NCBI GenBank assembly: GCA_044426075.1 | Contig: JAWXUT010000001.1 | Location: 1 to 50,688, forward strand | Direction of reading: 5' to 3' | Length of the DNA: 50,688 bases | DNA from: Bacillota bacterium | GTDB lineage: Bacteria > Bacillota > Clostridia > Christensenellales > DTU072 | In this document: piece by piece, positions 9,894 through 17,828 of the stretch | Numbering within the stretch: position 1 is the stretch's first letter | How the letters are laid out: each line of letters begins with the position of its first letter | The notes under the pieces: model-generated | Databases searched by the model: none | What the model was told of the DNA's origin: nothing | What the model saw: the letters and a program-made list of their open reading frames with translations, nothing else | Translations under genes and position numbers: made by a program

Positions 9894-10781
9894 ATGGCAA
9901 AAGGCAACAAAAGTGTCGTTAAACGCGGGCAAGTTATAAAAGCCGTAGGCGGAAGATTTATTGTAAAGAGCGCAGGCAAACTTTACAAGGCGCACGCACG
10001 CGGAAAAATTAGACTGAGCCAAGAAATCTATGTAGGTGACTATGTGGAGTTTGTTGAAGACAGACCATTTGCAATAATAGAAAGTGTTGAGCCTCGCAAG
10101 ACGGTGTTAACAAGACCCTATGTAGCCAATGTGGATACTGCGATAATAGTGGTTGCAAAAGAGCCAGTGCCCGACTTATTGTTGGTGGATAAGGTAATTA
10201 TCAACTGTTTTGCGGAGGGAATAAAGCCATATCTCTGCTACAATAAAAGTGACCTTGCAAGTGCAGAAGACATTGAAAAAGTGTTCGTGCAATATAAAGA
10301 TATAGTGGAGTGCTTTGCAATATCTAGTTTAAACGGCAACGGAATGGAAGTATTTGAGCCAATAATAAACGATAGAACGGTGACGCTTGCGGGACAAAGT
10401 GCAGTAGGCAAGTCAAGTTTGTTGAATAAATTGTTGGGATTAGACCTTGAAACGGGCGAACTATCTGAAAAGATATTGCGCGGTAAAAACACCACAAGGC
10501 ACATTGAAATAATGGAAGCATTTGGTGGGCAAGTGTTGGATACTTGTGGATTTTCTATGTTGGAACTTATGAATATAGAGTCACGCGAGTTGCGACTATA
10601 TTATGATGATTTTTGCAAACTGCAACACGAATGTGCTTACAGAGGTTGCGAACACATAAACGAACCGAATTGTGCGATAAAAAAAGCGGTTGAAGAGGGT
10701 ACAATAAACAAAGCGCGATATGAGCGTTACAAGACAATATACACAGAATTAAAAGAAAACGAAAAGAAAAAGTACGAATAA
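9894..10781 (+). CDS. rsgA: Ribosome small-subunit-dependent GTPase A
   Basis: Circularly permuted GTPase (NKSDL precedes GQSAVGKSSL) with a C-terminal zinc knuckle CAYRGCEHINEPNC. Confidence 0.9.
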   Translation: MAKGNKSVVKRGQVIKAVGGRFIVKSAGKLYKAHARGKIRLSQEIYVGDYVEFVEDRPFAIIESVEPRKTVLTRPYVANVDTAIIVVAKEPVPDLLLVDKVIINCFAEGIKPYLCYNKSDLASAEDIEKVFVQYKDIVECFAISSLNGNGMEVFEPIINDRTVTLAGQSAVGKSSLLNKLLGLDLETGELSEKILRGKNTTRHIEIMEAFGGQVLDTCGFSMLELMNIESRELRLYYDDFCKLQHECAYRGCEHINEPNCAIKKAVEEGTINKARYERYKTIYTELKENEKKKYE

Positions 10782-10791
10782 GGAGGCAATT

Positions 10792-11442
10792 ATGGCAAAA
10801 ACAATGGTATCACCAAGTATCTTATCGGGTGATTTTGTAAATATGGAAAATAGTGTAAAAATTCTAGCAGACTGGGGCGCAGACCTAGTGCATTGCGATG
10901 TAATGGACGGAGTTTTTGTAAAAAATTTGACATTTGGAATGCCAATGATAGCAGCTATTAAAAAAATAAGTCCACTTCCACTAGATGTGCATCTTATGAT
11001 AGTTGAGCCAGAGCGATATGCTGAAGACTTTATAAAAGCGGGCGCAGATTATTTAACGTTCCACCCAGAAGCAAGTAAAGATGCGAAAAAGTTGTTGCAA
11101 GACATCAAAAGCGCGGGAGTAAAGTGCGGAATTGTATTGAATCCTAACATACCATTTGCAGACCACAAACACCTATTGCAATATTGCGATATTATTTGCA
11201 TAATGAGCGTATATGCGGGGCACGGCGGACAAAAGTTTATTGAAGAGAGCCTAGATAAAGTGCGTGAGGTTGCAACTTTCATTGCAGAAAACAACTTAAA
11301 TGTTCAAATTGAAATTGACGGTGGCGTTGGTGAAGAAAACGCAAAACGCATAAAAGAGGCGGGCGTAAGTATATTGGTTGCGGGTTCAGCTGTGTACAAG
11401 TCAGCAGACCCAGCAAAAACAGTTGCCATATTAAAGGCATAA
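10792..11442 (+). CDS. rpe: Ribulose-phosphate 3-epimerase
   Basis: SILSGDF...HCDVMDG...DVHLM and a C-terminal VAGSAV motif. AAGGAGG lies upstream. Confidence 0.9.
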   Translation: MAKTMVSPSILSGDFVNMENSVKILADWGADLVHCDVMDGVFVKNLTFGMPMIAAIKKISPLPLDVHLMIVEPERYAEDFIKAGADYLTFHPEASKDAKKLLQDIKSAGVKCGIVLNPNIPFADHKHLLQYCDIICIMSVYAGHGGQKFIEESLDKVREVATFIAENNLNVQIEIDGGVGEENAKRIKEAGVSILVAGSAVYKSADPAKTVAILKA

Positions 11443-11497
11443 TTTTGTAACATCAACATAAATTGATACATATAATAAACTAATCGGGAGGAGTCCA

Positions 11498-11575
11498 ATG
11501 AAGTTTGTTTGTATCAATTGCCCAAAGGTATTAAAGCCAGTTGTAAGGTTTTTTTGCAATATACTAAGTAAATAA
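11498..11575 (+). CDS. Hypothetical 25-aa Cys-containing small protein (MKFVCINCPKVLKPVVRFFCNILSK)
   Basis: Not in the ORF track because it is under 60 aa. A strong SD, GGGAGGAG (11486..11493), lies 4 nt before the ATG. The stop codon TAA is the first triplet of the palindromic repeat element. Confidence 0.25.
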   Translation: MKFVCINCPKVLKPVVRFFCNILSK

Positions 11576-11701
11576 AAACGCGTATTTTACGCACATAACT
11601 GCACAAATACCCGCTTGCCCAAAGAATCGAGTACGTTTAGTACACTAATCTTTGGTCAAGCGGGCATTTGTTTGTTATACACGCAAACTACGCATTTTTA
11701 C
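11573..11701. repeat. Palindromic intergenic element, copy A (about 129 bp; imperfect terminal inverted repeats around a G+C-rich hairpin)
   Basis: Left end TAAAAACGCGTATTTTACGCACATAAC. Right end GTTATACACGCAAACTACGCATTTTTAC, whose outer 12 nt are the reverse complement of the left end with one mismatch. Same architecture and ends as 28353..28480. Confidence 0.7.
11610..11676 (+). terminator. Putative intrinsic terminator of the rpe operon, carried inside repeat copy A
   Basis: CCCGCTTG-CCCAAAGA pairs with TCTTTGG-CAAGCGGG (11610..11664). It is followed by CATTTGTTTGTT. Confidence 0.5.
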
Positions 11702-11837
11702 TTGTAATTAAAATGAAATTGTAAGGCGTGTCAGTCCACGCCACCCGCAATCCCTGTAGGATAAATTAGTAATTAATATTTTTCACATATCATCACAAAT
11801 CCACACTTATTCACTATTAACTAATACTTATTACTTT

Positions 11838-11901
11838 AAAAGCACCACAAAATTGCAGTGCTTTTAAAAAAGAGTGCAATGAAAATTTCATTACACTCTT
11901 T
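11838..11901 (-). terminator. Tandem intrinsic terminators downstream of pckG
   Basis: On the minus strand, the hairpin at 11901..11869 (AAAGAGTGTAATGAAA/TTTCATTGCACTCTTT) is followed by a T6 run. A second hairpin at 11865..11838 (AAAAGCAC/GTGCTTTT) is followed by TTTTAAAG. Confidence 0.7.
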
Positions 11902-11924
11902 AAATTTAAGTTATTAACTTGCGA

Positions 11925-13721
11925 TTAAGCCTTTTTTAGGTTTGTGCGCAAAGTTTTTAGCTCTTTTGTTAGTTGTTTTGGAAGTCTGTCACCGAATTTC
12001 TTGAAGAATTCTGCGATATCAGCAACTTCAGCTAACCAAGTAGCTTTGTCTACGTCTAGGATTGTTTTCAAATCTTCAATTGAGAAATCAAGACCTTCTA
12101 GATCGATGTCTTCAGCTTTTGGTAGGAAACCGATTGGTGTTTCTACTGCATCAACTGTATCATCACAACGTTTTAAGATCCAATCTAGTACACGCATGTT
12201 GTCGCCGAAACCAGGCCAGATGAACTTGCCGTTGTCGTCTGTACGGAACCAGTTAACGTTAAAGATCTTTGGTGCGCCAGCTTTACATTTTTTACCAATG
12301 TCAAGCCAGTGTTGGAAGTAGTCACCCATATGGTATCCACAGAATGGAAGCATAGCCATTGGATCGTGTCTAACAACACCAACAGCACCAGCTGCAGCAG
12401 CGGTTGTTTCTGATGCCATAATAGCACCTACGAATACACCGTGTTTCCAATCACGTGCTTGATATACCAATGGAGCTGCTTTAGCGCGTCTTCCACCGAA
12501 TACGATAGCTGTTAGTGGTACACCTTTACGGTTTTCAAATTCTGGAGAGATGCATGGGCAGTTACGTGCAGGGGATGTAAATCTGCTGTTTGGATGTGCA
12601 CCTTTAACTGCTGCGCCGTTAGCGTCAACTGTTGTTGGTGTCCAAGGGTTGCCTTTCCAGTCAATTGCTTTCTTTGGAGGATTTTTATCTAGACCTTCCC
12701 ACCAAACTGTTTTTGTTTGTGGTACGTATACAACGTTGGTAAAGATTGTGCCTTTTTGTGTGCTTGTTAGCGCATTTGGATTTGATTTAACGTTAGTTCC
12801 TGGTGCAACACCGAAGAAACCGTTTTCTGGGTTGATAGCATATAGTTTGCCACCTCTACCACGTCTGATCCAAGCGATATCATCACCTACGCAGAATACT
12901 TTGTAGCCTTTAGCTGTGTATGATTCTGGTGGGATAAGCATAGCCAAGTTTGTTTTTCCACAAGCTGATGGGAATGCAGCAGCAAGATATTTTGTCTCAA
13001 CTGAGCCGTCAGCAGCTGGTTTTTCTACGCCTAGGATAAGCATATGTTCAGCCATCCAGCCTTCTTTCCAACCTTGGTATGATGCGATACGTAGAGCAAA
13101 ACATTTTTTGCCTAGTAGTACGTTTCCGCCGTAACCACTGTTTACTGAGTAAATTGTGTTATCTTCTGGGAATTGGCAGATGTAACGGTCTGCATCGTTC
13201 AATTGAACTTTACTATGAATACCACGAACGAAATCGTTGCTGTCGCCTAGTTTAGTGAAAACTTTAGCGCCTACACGTGTCATGATGTTCATGTTTAGTA
13301 CAACATAAATACTATCTGTAATTTCTACACCATATTTAGCAAATGGTGAACCGATTTTACCCATACTGAATGGGATAACATACATTGTTCTGCCCTTCAT
13401 GCAACCATTAGAAATAGCGTCTAGCTTTGCGTAAGCATCTGCTGGAGCCATCCAGTTGTTGGTTGGGCCACAGTTGGTTTCTTCACTACTACAGATGAAA
13501 GTACGACCTTCTACACGAGCTACGTCGTTAACAGCAGTACGGTGATACAAGCAACCTGGAAGCAATTTACTGTTTAACTTAAGAACCTCACCAGTAGAGA
13601 TTGCTTCAGCTGTTAGCTCTTTTAGTTGAGCTTTGCTGCCGTCAATCCAAACAACTTGGTCTGGGCACATAAGATCAGTATATTTTTTTACGAAGTCCAA
13701 AACATATTGATTATTTGTCAT
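11925..13721 (-). CDS. pckG: Phosphoenolpyruvate carboxykinase (GTP)
   Basis: 598 aa. GTP-type PEPCK kinase-1a loop FPSACGKTN and conserved GDDIAW and NWF motifs. AGGAGA lies upstream of the ATG. Confidence 0.9.
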   Translation of the reverse strand: MTNNQYVLDFVKKYTDLMCPDQVVWIDGSKAQLKELTAEAISTGEVLKLNSKLLPGCLYHRTAVNDVARVEGRTFICSSEETNCGPTNNWMAPADAYAKLDAISNGCMKGRTMYVIPFSMGKIGSPFAKYGVEITDSIYVVLNMNIMTRVGAKVFTKLGDSNDFVRGIHSKVQLNDADRYICQFPEDNTIYSVNSGYGGNVLLGKKCFALRIASYQGWKEGWMAEHMLILGVEKPAADGSVETKYLAAAFPSACGKTNLAMLIPPESYTAKGYKVFCVGDDIAWIRRGRGGKLYAINPENGFFGVAPGTNVKSNPNALTSTQKGTIFTNVVYVPQTKTVWWEGLDKNPPKKAIDWKGNPWTPTTVDANGAAVKGAHPNSRFTSPARNCPCISPEFENRKGVPLTAIVFGGRRAKAAPLVYQARDWKHGVFVGAIMASETTAAAAGAVGVVRHDPMAMLPFCGYHMGDYFQHWLDIGKKCKAGAPKIFNVNWFRTDDNGKFIWPGFGDNMRVLDWILKRCDDTVDAVETPIGFLPKAEDIDLEGLDFSIEDLKTILDVDKATWLAEVADIAEFFKKFGDRLPKQLTKELKTLRTNLKKA

Positions 13722-13752
13722 ATTAAATATTCTCCTATTTAAAGTTTTTTTA

Positions 13753-13781
13753 ATTATACCATATTATGAACGAAATAGCAA
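13753..13781 (-). promoter_or_regulatory. Putative sigma-A promoter of pckG (TTGCTA-17-TATAAT)
   Basis: On the minus strand the -35 TTGCTA is at 13781..13776 and the -10 TATAAT at 13758..13753. Confidence 0.4.
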
Positions 13782-13935
13782 GTAACAAACCGCCAAAATT
13801 TTAAAATAATGGCAAAATATTACAATTTATAACGTTGTTATAATAACTTATTAATGTGAACGTTGTGAAAACGCTAGCCCAATGTTAATTGAATACTAAC
13901 AAAAAGGATTAATTTTTAAACGTAAAGTTATTATT

Positions 13936-15189
13936 TTATTTAAATTCATCGTACATATCAAGCGTTGCAAAGTAGTCTGCTGGGGTTTCTGCACGGCGGA
14001 TTAGCGCAACTGAACCGTCTTTTTTAAGCATAAGTTCGGCGCTACGAAGCTTGCCGTTGTAGTTGTAACCCATTGCGTGACCGTGAGCCCCCGCTTCGTG
14101 AATGTACAAATAGTCGCCAATATCAATGGTTGGAAGCGCGCGTTGAACGGCAAATTTATCGCAGTTTTCGCACAAAGAACCTACTATATCGTATGTTGCG
14201 TCAGCCTTAGCTTCTTCTTTACCAAGCACGGTGATGTGATGATAACTGCCATATATTGCAGGGCGCATTAGGTTTGCAGCGCTCGCATCAACACCAACAT
14301 ACTCGCGATAAGTGTGTTTAAAGTGTATTGCTTTTGTAATAAGTGCGCCGTATGGTGCAAGCATATATCTGCCAAGTTCGGTAAATATTTTGATATCATT
14401 TAAGCCGTTTGCTGTGATAACTTCTTTGTAAGCGCACTCCACGCCTTTTGCAATTTCAAAGATATCGCATTTTTCTTGATCTGGGCGATAAGGCACACCA
14501 ATTCCGCCACTCAAGTTTGCAAATACGAATTTAGCGCCAGTTTCTGCAGTAAGTTCGGCAATAGTGCTAAAAATTATGCGCGCAAGTGCGGGATAATAGC
14601 TGTTACCTATAGTATTGCTCGCCAAGAAAGAGTGTATACCAAATTCTTTTACGCCTTTTGCCATTAATGTTTTAACAGCCTCAGTCATTTGTGCACGAGT
14701 TAAGCCATATTTAGCGTCAGCTGGGGTGCCCATAACTGTTCTGTTTATTGAAAAATCACCGCCTGGATTAAATCTCAAGCATATTTTTTCGGGAAGACCC
14801 GCGTGTTTTTCTAAAAATTCAATGTGTGTGATGTCATCTAAATTGATAATTGCATTTAGTTTTTTTGCAAGTACATATTCTTCTGGTGCTGTTTCGTTGC
14901 TACTGAACATAATTTCATCGCCGCTAAAGCCCATTTTTTCTGCCATCATAAGTTCTGTGTAACTTGAGCAATCCACACCCGCGCCATATTCTCTCAATAA
15001 TTTGATGATTGCGGGGTTTGGGGTTGCTTTAACTGCAAAATATTCTTTGTATCCGTTATTCCAAGCAAAAGCTGTGTTTAGTTCTTTGGCGTTTTCTGCA
15101 ATGCCAGTTTCATCATATATGTGAAAAGGGGTGGGATAAGTATTAGCAATTTCTGCTACTTGTGACTTGGTTAAAAAACATTTACTCAT
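13936..15189 (-). CDS. lysA: Diaminopimelate decarboxylase (fold-type III PLP decarboxylase)
   Basis: FAVKATPNP PLP-lysine region and GSLCENCDKF (CExxD) motif. 417 aa. Confidence 0.8.
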   Translation of the reverse strand: MSKCFLTKSQVAEIANTYPTPFHIYDETGIAENAKELNTAFAWNNGYKEYFAVKATPNPAIIKLLREYGAGVDCSSYTELMMAEKMGFSGDEIMFSSNETAPEEYVLAKKLNAIINLDDITHIEFLEKHAGLPEKICLRFNPGGDFSINRTVMGTPADAKYGLTRAQMTEAVKTLMAKGVKEFGIHSFLASNTIGNSYYPALARIIFSTIAELTAETGAKFVFANLSGGIGVPYRPDQEKCDIFEIAKGVECAYKEVITANGLNDIKIFTELGRYMLAPYGALITKAIHFKHTYREYVGVDASAANLMRPAIYGSYHHITVLGKEEAKADATYDIVGSLCENCDKFAVQRALPTIDIGDYLYIHEAGAHGHAMGYNYNGKLRSAELMLKKDGSVALIRRAETPADYFATLDMYDEFK

Positions 15190-15214
15190 TTGTTTCTCCT
15201 AATTCTAGTTATTG

Positions 15215-15796
15215 TTATAATGGTTTGCGATCCATAAGTGCGCGTTGCAAAGTCATTTCATCTGCATATTCAATTTCGCTACCCATAGGGATGCCGTGCG
15301 CGAGGCGCGTGACTTTTATGCCAAGTGGCTTAATGAGTTGGGCAAGATAAATTGCAGTCATCTCTCCGCTGATGTCGGGATTTGTCGCAATAATAATCTC
15401 TTTAACTCCGTCAAGACGCGCTAGCAATTCTTTAATGCGAATATCTTCTGCTCCTACGCCTTTTTGAAAGTCAAGCCCGCCGTGCAATACGTGATAAAGT
15501 CCGTGATAGCCTCCCATTTTTTGGAATGCAATAATGTCACGGGGCTCTTTAACCACGCAAATTGTGGATTTATCTGCCGTTTGACAGCGTTCACAAACAT
15601 CGGTGTCGGTGTAATCACCGCAAAGCTCACAAAACTTTACATTTTGTTTAGCCTCATTGAGTGCATCAATAAAGGCGGCAAAATCGTTTTCTTTCATATC
15701 TATTATGCTGTAGGCATATCTAACAGCAGTTTTTTGACCAACTGCAGGTAGTTTGCGGAACATCGCTATTAATTTTGTCAATGAATCTGGTTGCAT
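15215..15796 (-). CDS. recR: Recombination protein RecR
   Basis: C4 zinc finger CELCGDYTDTDVCERC followed by a Toprim domain. Lies in the dnaX-ybaB-recR context. Confidence 0.92.
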   Translation of the reverse strand: MQPDSLTKLIAMFRKLPAVGQKTAVRYAYSIIDMKENDFAAFIDALNEAKQNVKFCELCGDYTDTDVCERCQTADKSTICVVKEPRDIIAFQKMGGYHGLYHVLHGGLDFQKGVGAEDIRIKELLARLDGVKEIIIATNPDISGEMTAIYLAQLIKPLGIKVTRLAHGIPMGSEIEYADEMTLQRALMDRKPL

Positions 15797-15804
15797 TTTT
15801 TACT

Positions 15805-16152
15805 CTAAAAGAGTCCTCCTAATCCGCCCATAGCACCGCTTAGTGGTCCCATTACGCGTTGTTGTTCTTCTTCAACTAGTTTGCTTGCTTCGTTGAAACC
15901 TGCAATAAGTAGGTCTTCAAGAGTTTCAACATCGTCTGGATCAACTGCTTCTTTGTCAATTTTAATTGAAACCAATTTTCTGTCACAAGTCATAACAATT
16001 TCAACCATTCCGCCGCCGCTAACTGCTTCAACCTCGGTTTCAGCAAGTTCTTCTTGCGCGCGTTGCATATCTTGTTGCATACGTTGAGCTTGTTTCATAA
16101 TGTTTTGCATATTTCCGCCGCCAGCTGTAGGGCGACCACCAAATTTAGCCAT
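15805..16152 (-). CDS. ybaB: YbaB/EbfC family nucleoid-associated protein
   Basis: 115 aa with NMQNIMKQAQRMQQDMQRAQEEL. Sits between dnaX and recR. Confidence 0.9.
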   Translation of the reverse strand: MAKFGGRPTAGGGNMQNIMKQAQRMQQDMQRAQEELAETEVEAVSGGGMVEIVMTCDRKLVSIKIDKEAVDPDDVETLEDLLIAGFNEASKLVEEEQQRVMGPLSGAMGGLGGLF

Positions 16153-16182
16153 AAATATTCTCCTTAAATATGTGATTTATTA

Positions 16183-17826
16183 TTATTTGCGTTTTTTATT
16201 GTCACTTAGATGCGATCCGAACAAAGCGTGAAGGGTTGAGCGGTCAACTACATCTGAAACTTCGGGTGCAGTTTGTGTGCTGAAGGTAATGTTAAAGTCA
16301 GCACCAAGCTCTCTTTTAACAGCATCTTGCAGTTCTTTTTTATTTACATCGTGACGGAACATCTCTACAATAGCGTGCCCAGTGAGGTTGAAGTTTATGG
16401 TGTGTTCATCAACAAGAGACATGTCTTTTGCAGTAAGTTCGTTAATTGCGTGATAAAGCATAAAGCTACTGTTGCGCAGCCCCATTAAGAGTTTGCTTAA
16501 ATACTCTTCTAATATATGCTCATCGTTATTTTCTGGTGTGGTGTCATTGTCGAAAATTGGCGCTTCTGAAGCCTCATCAATTTCTAATCCGGCAAGTTCG
16601 CTAGCTATATCTATTTCTGGCGGAACATCTTCTTCAACTACAACAGTTGCGGATTTAGCAACAACAATGCCTTCTTTTTTTAGTTGTTCAAGTTCTTTTT
16701 CAAGCGTGCGCATTCTGCTTTGAAGCGCAGTTGTATCGGGTTCTGTATAAATCTCACTGGCACGAACCAAGCAAGATTCAAATATTATTTTTGGTTGTGA
16801 ACTGTAACGAACCAAGTTTTCTGCTCCCGCAAGTATATCCATTGCGCGGCCAATACGATAGTTATCATATTTTGCTACAATCTCACGAACTTTTGGTAGT
16901 TCGGATTCGGTGAATGTAGCCTTGTAATCTTTTATGTTTTTAACGCTCAATGAGTCACGCAAAAAGGTGACTAATTCTTTGTTTATTGTGGTGATTCCTT
17001 TGCCCCTACTATATATAGTATTGATCATATATAATAAAGAGGATAAATTGCCGCTTAACATAGCATCCGCCATATCGCTTATTGTCTCAAAATCAGATAC
17101 GCCTAGCACCTCAGAAACATCACTATAGGTCAGCTTTTTAGGCGCATAACTCATACAAGTTTCTGCTAAACTCAGTGTGTCACGAACCGAACCTTCACCG
17201 TGTAACGCAATTGCTTCAAGTGCGCGATGCTCCGCTTCATAATTCATATCCGCAAAAATGGTTTGCAAAAGTGAAACAAGTTCATCTACTGCAACTAGCC
17301 TAAAGTCAAACCTCATACATCTGCTTAGTATGGTTTGTGGCAATTTGTGTACTTCTGTTGTTGCCAAAATAAACATAGCGTGTGCGGGTGGCTCTTCTAG
17401 CGTTTTTAGTAGCGCGTTGAAGGCGGCGGTTGATAGCATATGCACTTCGTCAATTATATAAACCTTAAATTTGCCTAGCGTTGGCGGATATTGTATGTTT
17501 TCACGCAAGTCGCGGATTTCATCAACACCGTTGTTACTGGCAGCATCCATTTCTATTACATCCATATTAGTTGGATTTTGTAGCGCTAAACAAACTTCAC
17601 ATTGCCCGCAAGGTGAACCATCAACTGGTGTTAAACAATTTACTGCGCGTGCAAAAATTTTGGCAGAAGTTGTTTTACCTGTGCCTCGTGTGCCCGTAAA
17701 CAAGTATGCGTGACCCACCATATTATACGCAATTTGGTTTTTAAGTGTGGTTACAATGTGCCCTTGTCCGATAACCGTATCCCAACCAGTGGGGCGATAT
17801 TTGCGATAAAGTGTGCTGTGTGCCAT
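16183..17826 (-). CDS. dnaX: DNA polymerase III subunit tau (gamma/tau)
   Basis: Walker A GTRGTGKTT, zinc module CGQCEVC, IIDEVHM, and the SRC motif (ILSRC). Confidence 0.92.
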   Translation of the reverse strand: MAHSTLYRKYRPTGWDTVIGQGHIVTTLKNQIAYNMVGHAYLFTGTRGTGKTTSAKIFARAVNCLTPVDGSPCGQCEVCLALQNPTNMDVIEMDAASNNGVDEIRDLRENIQYPPTLGKFKVYIIDEVHMLSTAAFNALLKTLEEPPAHAMFILATTEVHKLPQTILSRCMRFDFRLVAVDELVSLLQTIFADMNYEAEHRALEAIALHGEGSVRDTLSLAETCMSYAPKKLTYSDVSEVLGVSDFETISDMADAMLSGNLSSLLYMINTIYSRGKGITTINKELVTFLRDSLSVKNIKDYKATFTESELPKVREIVAKYDNYRIGRAMDILAGAENLVRYSSQPKIIFESCLVRASEIYTEPDTTALQSRMRTLEKELEQLKKEGIVVAKSATVVVEEDVPPEIDIASELAGLEIDEASEAPIFDNDTTPENNDEHILEEYLSKLLMGLRNSSFMLYHAINELTAKDMSLVDEHTINFNLTGHAIVEMFRHDVNKKELQDAVKRELGADFNITFSTQTAPEVSDVVDRSTLHALFGSHLSDNKKRK

Positions 17827-17828
17827 AA

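Noticed and set aside
11702-11837. Possible small ncRNA (GGCGTG-TCAGTC-CACGCC hairpin and surrounding 130 nt)
   Set aside because: It is a single short hairpin with no recognisable family signature, promoter or terminator of its own, so the evidence is insufficient.
13855-13878. CcpA cre-like sequences (TGTGAACGTTGTGA; TGAAAACGCTAGC) and a direct repeat AACGTTGT upstream of pckG
   Set aside because: The core of one site fits TGNAANCGNWNNC, but both flanking W positions fail. The sites also lie about 85 bp upstream of the predicted -35, an atypical position for repression. This is too weak to call.
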